A stretch of 64,000 nt of DNA, from positions 288,001-352,000 of the forward strand of contig OZ240211.1 in the NCBI GenBank assembly GCA_965197525.1. The letters run 5' to 3'. This document shows positions 39,613-50,240 of this stretch, in pieces (within the stretch, counting starts at the first letter, position 1; each line of letters begins with the position of its first letter). The translations under genes and the position numbers were made by a program. This stretch comes from Nitrosopumilus sp. GTDB taxonomy: Archaea; Thermoproteota; Nitrososphaeria; Nitrososphaerales; Nitrosopumilaceae. Below the pieces are notes generated by a model. The model was not told where the DNA came from. It searched no databases and was given only the letters and a program-made list of their open reading frames with translations.

Positions 39613-40269
39613 ATGACCTCAAAAAACATTAGGCTTTTTATCACAGGTCTTATTACATTTGGTACAATGTCTGTATTGGGTCAGATGTCGATTCAATATG
39701 CATTTGCAGAACCGTGTGATAATGTTTGGGAGATAGGATTTGATTGTGATATCTCCGGATGGATAACATTTGTAATTGGAGATATAGTATTAGGTATAGC
39801 ATTATCTATGTTGTTTCTTGTTATTGCACACACATTAACTAAACAGACAGAAACGATGCAATTAATAAAATTAGTACTTAGTAAAACTCAATCAATAGTT
39901 GTAGAACAAGAAGAAAGAAGAAATAGATTAAAGCGATATGCCAGACAAGCTTTTAAAAATGATTGTGGAGCGTTGCTCTTATGTTTTGGAATACTCAACA
40001 AACTCTCACAATCAGGCAATGACGACTGGATTAAGAATCCTGAGGTTGACAGAATGCTTGTAAAATCTAAAAAAATCTTGGTAAAAATTCACAATACCAT
40101 AAACTTGTCTGTAGGAACTATTGATCCTGTTTTACTTGAAGAGATTGAGACGTTTATAACATATACAGATGATGTTCTTTATGACATCAGTAAAATATCT
40201 GCCCAATACGATGAGATCAAGAAAAAGATAATGTATTTGACTGAACGATTAAACAATGAGCAGGATTAA
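39613..40269 (+). CDS. Membrane protein of unknown function; paralog of 43526-44194
   Basis: Signal peptide (QYAFA), TM helix and shared RYARQAFKNDCGALLLCFG domain; start MTSKNIR chosen. Confidence 0.7.
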   Translation: MTSKNIRLFITGLITFGTMSVLGQMSIQYAFAEPCDNVWEIGFDCDISGWITFVIGDIVLGIALSMLFLVIAHTLTKQTETMQLIKLVLSKTQSIVVEQEERRNRLKRYARQAFKNDCGALLLCFGILNKLSQSGNDDWIKNPEVDRMLVKSKKILVKIHNTINLSVGTIDPVLLEEIETFITYTDDVLYDISKISAQYDEIKKKIMYLTERLNNEQD

Positions 40270-40323
40270 AGGACGTATTTGATTTAAATTAAAGATTTAG
40301 TTTAAAAGCAAGTTGGAAATATA

Positions 40324-41561
40324 GGCGTTGTCCAAATCTTATTTTTTCAAGCCTATTAGATGTCATTTTATCTGCACCTTATTGCTTTTGATTCCCTGTA
40401 TGTGGCGGAATTTTCTAGCAGCAGGATATGATGAGGTGTATCTTGCACCAAAACGTTGCATGGTTGTACAGCATACGCTAGACACACAACACGTGTTTTT
40501 TACGTCGTTCCACTATGACAGCAGGTTGTAACAGATGCACCGGAGTAGCAGCTGCAGTCTCTGCGTTGCCATCTTCTTCTTTGCACGAACAACCGCAGTA
40601 AACCTGTGCTTGAATGATGAGAACACCGATTCCACTATACTACGCTGGTGGTACGTATCTTCAAACTCCTTGGGATTCCTCTCCTGCCGTCTGAGCATCT
40701 CTGCCCTTGGACCGAATCCTTTTACCACATGGTTCTTGCGGGTACAGATCACAGGCTTCCTGCCAGTATTACGAATCATCTTGTAGTTCTTGTGTGCGTC
40801 ATATCCTGCATCAAGCATCACGCATCCTGTGCCGTCAGGAACCTTTTTGATCATATCCCGGAACACTGGCGAGTCATGCGCCCGTCCGGGGGTAACTACG
40901 CAGGATACGATCTTTCTTCCCTTTACATCGGTAACTATGTGCAGTTTGACGAATTCACGCCTAGAGATGACCCTTTTTGGCATCCTCCCATTCTGCATAC
41001 CTGATGATGGCAACCCCGTGGCGTCTCCCAGCAGTGATCCACGCGCATGGGATCTTGTCTGTCTTTCTATTATCTCGTGTAGCCACTCATAATCTGTCAT
41101 TATGGTGGCCGCATGATGCAGGCAGGATTTTGATGGAATGGTTTTTAATCCGTATATGTGTAATGTTCCCTGATGTGTCTGCAAGTATGAGACATGTTGA
41201 CGGTATGAATGGCAGCGAAACTCGCGGTCTGCAAGACATGCCATGTATGAGGCCATTCGCATTTCACTTGGAGTGATAGGCGAGTAAATCTCATGTAGTA
41301 GGAGGATGAGGGCCTTGATTCGTAATTTGGTGGTATGGCCTTCATCCTTTCTTCTTACCTCGTATTTCTTGTAGTATCCGTCAGGCCGTTCCCATTTCTG
41401 ATCATCAGTCTTCTTGCTTTTGCAGCCTTTCTTGTGTTTGCTGTCTTTCTTGTTCTTGCTGTCTTTCTTGTTTTTATCACGTTTTTTACTCATTAAACCA
41501 GCACGAGATCCGTGATCTTTAAGCTTTTCGCTGATTTCGCATCAAAAATTTGGACAACGCC
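40324..41561 (-). mobile_element. IS5-family element with 14-bp TIRs and 9-bp target duplication
   Basis: GGCGTTGTCCAAAT (40324-40337) and ATTTGGACAACGCC (41548-41561); GGAAATATA on both flanks. Confidence 0.92.
40513..41493 (-). CDS. IS5-family DDE transposase
   Basis: GDATG, VKLHIVTD, MLDAGYD, YHQRSIVESVFSSFK. Confidence 0.85.
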   Translation of the reverse strand: MSKKRDKNKKDSKNKKDSKHKKGCKSKKTDDQKWERPDGYYKKYEVRRKDEGHTTKLRIKALILLLHEIYSPITPSEMRMASYMACLADREFRCHSYRQHVSYLQTHQGTLHIYGLKTIPSKSCLHHAATIMTDYEWLHEIIERQTRSHARGSLLGDATGLPSSGMQNGRMPKRVISRREFVKLHIVTDVKGRKIVSCVVTPGRAHDSPVFRDMIKKVPDGTGCVMLDAGYDAHKNYKMIRNTGRKPVICTRKNHVVKGFGPRAEMLRRQERNPKEFEDTYHQRSIVESVFSSFKHRFTAVVRAKKKMATQRLQLLLRCICYNLLS

Positions 41562-41643
41562 GGAAATATACCAAAAATTTGCAGCTGTTAAAGGAAATAT
41601 TATACATACATTATCTACGCTATCAAACTGTATATGGCATATA

Positions 41644-42027
41644 CTATAAAGTATCATCGGTCAATTTAGATTCCATCTCATTGATCTTGGCCATTAACAC
41701 ATCCATATCTACCGGTTTTGCAAGAACTGAATCAATGTGCTTCTTTATAGTATCTAACTGATCAGGAGCACCTGACAATGATGCCGTAAACAAGACAATC
41801 TTTTGTTTGTTAATCAGGTCCCACTTGACTAATTCGTTAATCACATCAGCGCCCGAAAATTCAGGCATGGAAAGATCTAACAAGACAAGATCATACTTGT
41901 TCTCTTTGATCTTAGTTACTCCATCACGGCCGTTGGTTACAGATTCAAATTCATGACCCATGCTGGTTATAATCATCTCTACAAAAGAAATAATGTCAGT
42001 ATTATCATCAATTTCTAAAATCCTCAT
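41644..42027 (-). CDS. Stand-alone response regulator receiver (CheY-like)
   Basis: ILEIDD, LVLLDLSMP, FTAS, LAKP. Confidence 0.9.
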   Translation of the reverse strand: MRILEIDDNTDIISFVEMIITSMGHEFESVTNGRDGVTKIKENKYDLVLLDLSMPEFSGADVINELVKWDLINKQKIVLFTASLSGAPDQLDTIKKHIDSVLAKPVDMDVLMAKINEMESKLTDDTL

Positions 42028-42029
42028 TT

Positions 42030-43529
42030 CTAATTTTTTGTACAAGGGAGTACAAAATAAAACTTGCTACCCACGTCAACTTGACTCTCTACGCCTATAG
42101 TGCCACCTAAACTCTCAACAATACCCTTACATATAGAAAGTCCCAAACCCGTTCCCCCATGTTTTCTCGTAGCTGATGTATCTGCCTGATAAAATTTAGA
42201 AAATAGTTGCTTTTGCTTCTCAGGCATAATACCAACCCCGTTATCTTTGACTGCAAAGTGAACGTTAGAGTCTATCTGCGATATAGTAATATCGATTCTT
42301 CCAGTATCTTTAGGAATAAAGTCGACTGCATTATATGTTAGATTAGTAATTACCTGCTCAATTCTCTGTCGATCACTAGTCATTGTAATCTCTTGATCTA
42401 TTGCTGTATTAATGGTGATCATCTTCTCCTTGGCAACATAGTTAAATGATAAGCCTATATTTTTCAAAAGATCATTGAGTGAAAATTCTTTCATTTCAAA
42501 ATGCATTTTTCCTAACTCTAATTTGTGCACATCAAGAAGATCTCCTATCAAAGTTCGTAATCGCTTTGCATTTGCAAGAATTGTATTCATAGCATTGGTT
42601 TGTTTTTCATTCAAATCTCCAATCATTCCTGGTTTGAGTAATGCTTGAGAAAATCCTACAATAGGTGTAAGTGGGGATTTTAATTCATGGGTCACAACTG
42701 AAAGAAATTCTTCTTTTTGTCTCTCGATAGCAGTGAGATCGTCTAAATCTTTTTTTGTCTTATGCAAGTCAGATGTATCTTTTATCACCACATTTCTACC
42801 AATCAATACGTTGTTATCATCATATAGGTTGGTAGGGGTAAGATGAGATGGGAACTCTGTGCCATCTTTTTTAAGCATCCATATTACTGAGCTTTGTATT
42901 AATCCATCCTTTGCCCATTTTTTCATATTAGAGGTTATAGCATCCTTGCTTCTGGGTGCAGTGTGTTCAACAAGATCAATTCCAATTACTTCGTCTTTTG
43001 TGTATCCTAGCTTTTCAAGATATGATCTGTTACAGTCAAGTATAATGCCGTCAATGTTTACGGTTCGATACATATCCGGAGAGTTGTCGTACAGACTTTC
43101 GTATTTTTTGAGCTTGACTAAATTTTGTAGAGTCTTTATTTCTGACATATCGCGCAAACGAGTACCAAATCCGATTATGTTTCCATCAGAGTCGCGTTTG
43201 CTCTCAACTGTCATCAATACATTGACAAACTCTCCAGTCTTTGTAATCAGATGAATCTTTACATGACGAGTCTCATCAGTATCCTTCCATTTTGAAATGG
43301 CCTGAGTTATCTTGAGGTGATCACTGTTAGGTGAGTGTGCAGTAGAAGGGGTCTCAATAACATCACTACGTATGTAGCCTAAACGTTCTAGGTAATAGTC
43401 GTTACAGTTGACGATTATTCCGTTGTTATCTACCTCTCTATACAATATCTCAAGCGTTTTTCTAATTTTTAGTCCAGTTTCTTGAGTTATCACTTTGGAG
43501 GTTAGTTCTTTGTACATACCATTTATCAC
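42030..43529 (-). CDS. Cytoplasmic PAS-PAS histidine kinase
   Basis: Two PAS domains, H-box THELKSPLT, N-box NLTYNA, DNGVG, GGTGLGLSI; no TM helix. Confidence 0.92.
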   Translation of the reverse strand: MINGMYKELTSKVITQETGLKIRKTLEILYREVDNNGIIVNCNDYYLERLGYIRSDVIETPSTAHSPNSDHLKITQAISKWKDTDETRHVKIHLITKTGEFVNVLMTVESKRDSDGNIIGFGTRLRDMSEIKTLQNLVKLKKYESLYDNSPDMYRTVNIDGIILDCNRSYLEKLGYTKDEVIGIDLVEHTAPRSKDAITSNMKKWAKDGLIQSSVIWMLKKDGTEFPSHLTPTNLYDDNNVLIGRNVVIKDTSDLHKTKKDLDDLTAIERQKEEFLSVVTHELKSPLTPIVGFSQALLKPGMIGDLNEKQTNAMNTILANAKRLRTLIGDLLDVHKLELGKMHFEMKEFSLNDLLKNIGLSFNYVAKEKMITINTAIDQEITMTSDRQRIEQVITNLTYNAVDFIPKDTGRIDITISQIDSNVHFAVKDNGVGIMPEKQKQLFSKFYQADTSATRKHGGTGLGLSICKGIVESLGGTIGVESQVDVGSKFYFVLPCTKN

Positions 43530-44194
43530 ACCGTTTCATCAATATCAGTACTTAACCGATCAGCCAAATACATTATCTTTTTCTTGATCCCATCGTATTT
43601 GACAGAGATTTTATGCACATCATCAATCAGATCTTCGGAATCTATTAAAAATTTTTCAATCTCATCTAGTAACACAGGATCAATTGTGCTTATGGAGAGG
43701 TTTATGGTATTACGCATTCTGCCAAAAATCTTACGTGATTTTACAAGCATCTTATCCACATCGGGATTGTGAATCCAGTCATCGTTGTCAGATGTGGAAA
43801 ATTTATGCAGCATTCCAAAACATAAGAGCAGTGCTCCGCAATCATTTTTGAAGGCCTGTCTAGCATATTGTTTTAGCCTATCCCTCATTTTTTTCTCTTC
43901 TAGGAGAATATCCTTAGTGTCGCCCAAAGAAGTACGTATCAAACTCATGAGATCTATGTGTTTCTTATTCATTATACGTACCAAGTATAGGAAAATAGTA
44001 ACAAATATTATCGCAAGTAAAACATCGCCGATAATTGATATCCATAAAGAGTTGAAACGATGTGAGGATTCTTCAGTCACTGACTGCTGTTCTGCAAAGG
44101 CATACAGTGCTGTCATTTCACTGCCAAATACAAACATGGAACCAAATATAATTAAAAATACAGCATACATGCTAAAAGTTTTGTTCATTATCAT
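43526..44194 (-). CDS. Membrane protein of unknown function, translationally coupled to the kinase
   Basis: GTGA stop/start overlap with the kinase; paralog of 39613-40269. Confidence 0.72.
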   Translation of the reverse strand: MIMNKTFSMYAVFLIIFGSMFVFGSEMTALYAFAEQQSVTEESSHRFNSLWISIIGDVLLAIIFVTIFLYLVRIMNKKHIDLMSLIRTSLGDTKDILLEEKKMRDRLKQYARQAFKNDCGALLLCFGMLHKFSTSDNDDWIHNPDVDKMLVKSRKIFGRMRNTINLSISTIDPVLLDEIEKFLIDSEDLIDDVHKISVKYDGIKKKIMYLADRLSTDIDETV

Positions 44195-44369
44195 CGTAAG
44201 TCACAGGATATGTTAATTGTACATCAAGATATAGTTTGCTCATATAACAGTATTTACAAAGTTATTTGAATCGTGTGATACACCAATCAAGTTATTTCCT
44301 ATGACTTCTACTACTTTTTTTGCATCATCTTGATTAATCAGGAATATTTGATGTACTCATACAATAAAA

Positions 44370-44520
44370 ATTGTATAACAGAACCAAGACGACATCCTCA
44401 AGACTGTATACGGCGTTATGCTTTGTTGACAAGGATCTTTGCACACTTCAATGTGTCATGCAAGACATTGAATTCTTTTTTTTTTTTGTAACGTTGTCTT
44501 GGAAATTCCATTCATTTTTC
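44370..44520 (-). pseudogene. Possible ISH3-like transposase 5' remnant
   Basis: One frame reads HNAVYSLEDVVLVLL, similar to HNALYGYDDFLARF of the 38241-39480 transposase. Confidence 0.35.
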
Positions 44521-44879
44521 TGGTTTGACATGTTAACTGGTCAAATTTTGATCTTTTAGCCCCTCCCATATATCAAAAAATTATGTGCGTCAGCTTGTAA
44601 AATTATGCGTAAAAAACGTGTGTAGAGAGTACATTTTCAACTTTTGACAAACACATGATAATATTATATTACATCTATATAAAATCAAAGTCTAATGTTG
44701 TTAGTCTTACACTCTTTTCTTTTATTCAATTTTGGTGTGTTTTTGCAGTTTGCATTTCTAAAAAACTCCAAATTTCTTACGGATAAACATATTTGCGAAT
44801 ATTGTTTACACATATCAACTCATTTAGTCAATAATATTTTAGTTGGGATTGTAATTACAAATTTTTATTCAAAAACTTA

Positions 44880-47800
44880 GTGAAAAAAAAATTGGTTAAG
44901 AATATTTTTGCTTTTTGCACAAGTGGTGGATTCAACAGTCATACTGGTTATCAAAAATTGCAGTTACATTGGCTTTTGTCCCTCTCTGTAGTACTGGTAT
45001 CTGGGATGCTTGTATTGCACCCTGGTGTGTATGATACATTTCAGATATCCGGTTGGGAGGAGAAAGGGGAGGGGAATATATTTGGTGTATTGCCCATAAA
45101 AGATAATGCGTTATCTTTAGGATCATTCCAAGATGTCATTGTATCTGCAACATCTGCAAACAAAGCAGAAGATGATATCACACTGCCTATAGATTCCGTA
45201 TTCCTTGCAGCTTGGACTGATCTGATGGATTCAGTAACGCATTCAATATTACCCATACCCGCATACGCTCAAACACCTAACTCTGATGCCTTTATAACTA
45301 CGTGGGATACTACCGGGGAAGAGGCTCACCCCACACTAGCTGTCGCTTCTGTTAAATTTCATATAGATGTTAAACCTGGCAGTCAAGTAACAGTTGATTG
45401 GGGGAACGGTCAATCAAATACGTACAATGCATCACAAGGCGTGTCTCATGATTATCAAAACAGTCAACCTGGTGTATCCAAAACCAATACTATTTCAATC
45501 ACAGGTGATTTGGAGCACTTTTATTTTTATTATGTTGAACCTTTCAAAACTCACGATTCCCCGCAGTTACTCATGTCACTAGACCAATGGGGTGATGCCA
45601 AATGGACTGATATGACCAATATGTTCAGAGGTGCTACAAACATGCAGTATAATGTAACTGATGTGCCTGATCTCTCTTCTAATCCTGATGTAAAGTACAT
45701 GTTCAGATCCGTCCATTCGTTTAACGGTGATCTGTCCAACTGGGATGTATCTAAAATGACTGATTTGGGATACATGTTCGCCGATACGCCATCTTTTAAC
45801 TCTGATATCTCAGGTTGGGATGTATCTAAGGTAACTCATATGCCTTACATGTTTCACAATTCCCCCTCCTTTAACGCAGACATCTCAGATTGGGATGTCT
45901 CATCTGTGGAATACATGTTTTACATGTTCGCCGCCGCAACCTCTTTTAACGCAGACATCTCAGATTGGGATGTCTCATCTGTGGTATTCATGTATAATAT
46001 GTTCGGTGCAGCAACCTCTTTTAACGCAGACATCTCAGGCTGGGATGTCTCATCTATGTATAGTATGGGTCTGATGTCTTCTATATTCTACGATGCATCT
46101 TCATTTGACCGTAATTTGGGACCTTGGTTTATCGTACTAGAAGATACGGTTGTAGGCCATGACAAGACAGTGGTCACCCCCATATCCTCACAGATTGAGT
46201 TTGATGCAAATACTAACAACTATGACATTACAGGCGCTGATGCCAATTATTTTACAATCACAGACGGGGGGCATCTTGTCCTCAACTCCCCATCTGACTA
46301 TAACTCTAAATCCCAATATGACATAACAATAACTGCCAACAACGCAGGTGTGGACAAACTGTATCTTGATGTGGCACCTTCCATTTCTGTTACTATTACA
46401 GTCAAACAACCCTCTGATACAGCTGTCACATCCATTGCAAGATACAACCCCTTGACACAGACTACTGATAGTAGTACACTTTCATTCAATGTACTGTTCA
46501 GTGATGATGTAACCAACGTAAACTCGGAGGACTTTGAGCTGTCTTCGAGCAGTCCTACAAATACCATGGAACATACGTACACCAGTACCCCATCACTATT
46601 CATACCATATGATACTGTCAAGACAGATACAATTACCGTATCTGACTCTGACACTGTCTCTGCAGTATCAGTTGCCGTAGACATTACCCACGCATGGATA
46701 GGCGATCTTCTAGTCGAACTCATCTCGCCTGACAATCAAGTAGTAACACTGCACAACTATGCCGGTGGCTCTACAGACGACATCGTGAAAACATACACAC
46801 TTGAATACGACGATGACGTCTCAATTAACGGTGACTGGCAGTTGCGCCTGTATGATAACTATAATGCTGATAGTGGGACCTTGAACAACTGGTCAATTGC
46901 ATTCGGTGATGACTCTGCATCCAATTCTATCACGTCAGTGACAGGTTCTGGCAGCCTGTACTATGTTACAGTCGCATCACCCCAGGCAGGTACATACAAC
47001 TTGGATATCGCAGAAGACAACGACATTGTAGACGCTTCAAATAATTCATTGTCCAGCCGTACACCCACAGGCGATGATCAGTCATACACCGTTACTACAC
47101 CAACTGATACTGCAACAGCTGATAACACACCTCCGGTACTCACACTTACAGGTTTGTCTACCGTAACTATGGGTACGGGCACCACATATACTGAGGACGG
47201 TGCCACCTGTATCGACAACAATGACGGCGATATCTCGTCCCAGATTGGCATGACAGGTTCAGTGAATACAGGAACAGCTGGAACATACGTTATAACCTAT
47301 ACATGTACAGATGCTGCCAATAATCCTGCTACACCGATAACTAGAACAGTCAGCGTTGCAGACTCGCCACCAACTGTTACATCCATCACAAGGCACAGTC
47401 CTACAGAACAAAACACGAGTAACAGCACGCTTCAGTTCAGTGTACTGTTCAGTGAGACTGTAACTGGTGTAAGTCAGGACGATTTTGAGCTGTCCTCAGA
47501 CAGTCCAACAGATGTTACCTCTCAGCCATTTACGTACTCTAGTACGCCATCCCTCTTTGTACCATATAATGTAATCAAGACAGATACAATCACCGTAACT
47601 GACTCTGGCACTGTTACATCAGTGTCAGTATCAGTGGATATCACACATACCTACATTGGCGATCTAAAGGTGGAACTCGTTGCACCTGACAATACAGTCC
47701 GTATACTTCATAATCATATCGGCGGGTCAGATGATGATATTGTCAAAACTTACACACTTGAATACGACGATGACGTCTCAATTAACGGCAACTGGCAGTT

Positions 47801-49946
47801 GCGCATGTATGATAACTATGACGCAGATGAGGGAACATTGAACAGCTGGTCAATTACGCTTGGTGATGGCTCTGTAGCTAATCCTATCACAGCAGTGACA
47901 GGTTCTAACAACCAGTACTACGTTACAGTGGACTCGTCCCAAGCAGGTACATACAACCTGGATATCGCAGAAGATAACGACATTGTAGACGCTTCAAATA
48001 ATTCATTGTCCAGCCGTACACCCACAGGCGATGATCAGTCATACACTGTTACTGCAACAGCTGATAACACACCTCCGGTACTCACACTTACAGGTTTGTC
48101 TACCGTAACTGTGGTTATGGGCACCACATATACTGAGGACGGCGCCACCTGTATCGACAACAATGACGGCGATATCTCGTCGCAGATTGGCATGACAGGT
48201 TCAGTGAATACCGGAACAGCTGGAACATACGTTATAACCTATACATGTACAGATGCTGCCAATAATCCTGCTACACCGATAACTAGAACAATCAGTGTTG
48301 TGGATCCATCTCCAACCGTTACATCCATCACAAGGCACAGTCCTGCAGAACAAAACACGGGTAACAGCACGCTTCAGTTCAGTGTACTGTTCAGTGAGAC
48401 TGTAACCGGTGTAGGCCAGGACGATTTTGAGCTGTCCTCAGACAGTCCAACAGATGCTACTCCTCAGACATTTACATATTCTAGTGAGCCATCCCTCTTT
48501 GTACCATATGATGTAACCAAGACAGATACAATCACCGTAACTGACTCTGCAACTGTTACATCAGTGTCAGTATCAGTGGATATCACACATACCTACATTG
48601 GCGATCTAAAGGTGGAACTCGTTGCACCTGACAATACAGCCCATACACTTCATAATCATATCGGCGGGTCATCTGATGATATTGTCAAAACATACACACC
48701 TGACTTTGGAAGTGTCTCAATTAACGGTGATTGGCAGTTGCGCCTGTATGATAACTATGACGCAGATGAGGGAACATTGAACAGCTGGTCAATTACGTTT
48801 GGTGATGGCTCTACGCCTAATCCCATCACAGCAGTGACAGGTTCTGACAACCAGTACTATGTTACAGTCGCATCATCCCAGGCAGGCACATACAACCTGG
48901 ATATTGCAGAAGATAACAACATTGTAGATTCTTCAAATAATTCACTGTCCAGCCGTACACCCACAGGCGATGATCAGTCATACACTGTTACTGCAACAGC
49001 TGATAACACACCTCCGGTACTCACACTTACAGGTTTGTCTACCGTAACTATGGGTGTGGGCACCACATATACTGAGGACGGCGCCACCTGTATCGACAAC
49101 AATGACGGCGATATCTCGTCGCAGATTGGCATGACAGGTTCAGTGAATACCGGAACAGCTGGAACATACACTATAACCTATACATGCACAGATGCTGCCG
49201 ATAATCCTGCTACACCGATAACTAGAACAGTCAGCGTTGTGGACTCGCCACCAACCGTTACATCCATCACAAGGCACAGTCCTGCAGAACAAAACACGAG
49301 TAACAGCACGCTTCAGTTCAGTGTACTGTTCAGTGAGGCTGTAACTGGTGTAAGTCAGGACGATTTTGAGCTGTCCTCAGACAGTCCAACAGATGCTACT
49401 CCTCAGACATTTACATATTCTAGTGAGCCATCCCTCTTTGTACCATATGATGTAACCAAGACAGATACAATCACCGTATCTGACTCTGCCACTGTTACAT
49501 CAGTGTCAGTATCACTGAACATCACACATACCTACATCGGCGATCTAAAGGTGGAACTCGTTGCACCTGACAATACAGTCCGTATACTTCATAATCATAT
49601 CGGCGGGTCAGATGATGATATTGTCAAAACTTACACACTTGAATACGACGATGACGTCTCAATTAACGGCAACTGGCAGTTGCGCATGTATGATAACTAT
49701 GACGCAGATGAGGGAACCTTGAACAGCTGGTCAATTACGCTTGGTGATGGCTCTGTAGCTAATCCTATCACAGCAGTGACAGGTTCTGACAACCAGTACT
49801 ACGTTACAGTGGACTCGTCCCAAGCAGGTACATACAACCTGGATATCGCAGAAGATAACGACATTGTAGACGCTTCAAATAATTCATTGTCCAGCCGTAC
49901 ACCCACAGGCGATGATCAGTCATACACTGTTACTGCAACTAGTTAG
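44880..49946 (+). CDS. Large secreted protein: BspA/DUF285 repeats, cadherin-like domain, four Ig/P-domain modules, three DUF5011-like Ig domains
   Basis: SFNADISDWDVSSV repeats; DNTPPVLTLTG...GTYVITYTCTDAANN x3; P-domain motifs x4. Confidence 0.87.
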   Translation: MKKKLVKNIFAFCTSGGFNSHTGYQKLQLHWLLSLSVVLVSGMLVLHPGVYDTFQISGWEEKGEGNIFGVLPIKDNALSLGSFQDVIVSATSANKAEDDITLPIDSVFLAAWTDLMDSVTHSILPIPAYAQTPNSDAFITTWDTTGEEAHPTLAVASVKFHIDVKPGSQVTVDWGNGQSNTYNASQGVSHDYQNSQPGVSKTNTISITGDLEHFYFYYVEPFKTHDSPQLLMSLDQWGDAKWTDMTNMFRGATNMQYNVTDVPDLSSNPDVKYMFRSVHSFNGDLSNWDVSKMTDLGYMFADTPSFNSDISGWDVSKVTHMPYMFHNSPSFNADISDWDVSSVEYMFYMFAAATSFNADISDWDVSSVVFMYNMFGAATSFNADISGWDVSSMYSMGLMSSIFYDASSFDRNLGPWFIVLEDTVVGHDKTVVTPISSQIEFDANTNNYDITGADANYFTITDGGHLVLNSPSDYNSKSQYDITITANNAGVDKLYLDVAPSISVTITVKQPSDTAVTSIARYNPLTQTTDSSTLSFNVLFSDDVTNVNSEDFELSSSSPTNTMEHTYTSTPSLFIPYDTVKTDTITVSDSDTVSAVSVAVDITHAWIGDLLVELISPDNQVVTLHNYAGGSTDDIVKTYTLEYDDDVSINGDWQLRLYDNYNADSGTLNNWSIAFGDDSASNSITSVTGSGSLYYVTVASPQAGTYNLDIAEDNDIVDASNNSLSSRTPTGDDQSYTVTTPTDTATADNTPPVLTLTGLSTVTMGTGTTYTEDGATCIDNNDGDISSQIGMTGSVNTGTAGTYVITYTCTDAANNPATPITRTVSVADSPPTVTSITRHSPTEQNTSNSTLQFSVLFSETVTGVSQDDFELSSDSPTDVTSQPFTYSSTPSLFVPYNVIKTDTITVTDSGTVTSVSVSVDITHTYIGDLKVELVAPDNTVRILHNHIGGSDDDIVKTYTLEYDDDVSINGNWQLRMYDNYDADEGTLNSWSITLGDGSVANPITAVTGSNNQYYVTVDSSQAGTYNLDIAEDNDIVDASNNSLSSRTPTGDDQSYTVTATADNTPPVLTLTGLSTVTVVMGTTYTEDGATCIDNNDGDISSQIGMTGSVNTGTAGTYVITYTCTDAANNPATPITRTISVVDPSPTVTSITRHSPAEQNTGNSTLQFSVLFSETVTGVGQDDFELSSDSPTDATPQTFTYSSEPSLFVPYDVTKTDTITVTDSATVTSVSVSVDITHTYIGDLKVELVAPDNTAHTLHNHIGGSSDDIVKTYTPDFGSVSINGDWQLRLYDNYDADEGTLNSWSITFGDGSTPNPITAVTGSDNQYYVTVASSQAGTYNLDIAEDNNIVDSSNNSLSSRTPTGDDQSYTVTATADNTPPVLTLTGLSTVTMGVGTTYTEDGATCIDNNDGDISSQIGMTGSVNTGTAGTYTITYTCTDAADNPATPITRTVSVVDSPPTVTSITRHSPAEQNTSNSTLQFSVLFSEAVTGVSQDDFELSSDSPTDATPQTFTYSSEPSLFVPYDVTKTDTITVSDSATVTSVSVSLNITHTYIGDLKVELVAPDNTVRILHNHIGGSDDDIVKTYTLEYDDDVSINGNWQLRMYDNYDADEGTLNSWSITLGDGSVANPITAVTGSDNQYYVTVDSSQAGTYNLDIAEDNDIVDASNNSLSSRTPTGDDQSYTVTATS

Positions 49947-50099
49947 TTACATAACTCACAATAGTTATCATTCAGATTGCCAAATTCTTCTAGCTACTGA
50001 CTATGCTTACAAAATATGAATATAGTTAAAAGAACAAGTTCATTCGGATAATTATTTTGCATCGAAATACATATAGCTTAAACCTAACCCCAAACCTGC

Positions 50100-50240
50100 A
50101 TGACAGACACAGAATACAGCATGCTTTCAAGATGACATATAAAAAAGAAAGGGATCCTAGAATTTGTTGAAGAATTCTTGCAGTGCATGGTATGTGTGTT
50201 GAAAAAAAGTGTCAACTAGACTGCCGAAATTACTATGCGG
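50100..50240 (+). pseudogene. IS630 HTH remnant cut by the MITE
   Basis: Reads KMTYKKERDPRIC*RILAV, similar to KKTYKKEKDIRIKVRMVAV at about 31230. Confidence 0.45.

Noticed and set aside
44375-44385. Extra GGTTCTGT on the minus strand
   Set aside because: Similarity stops after about 8 bp and the bases lie within a probable ISH3 coding remnant
44880-49946. Diversity-generating retroelement acting on surface-protein repeats
   Set aside because: No reverse transcriptase, and no adenine-specific variation pattern noticed between repeats
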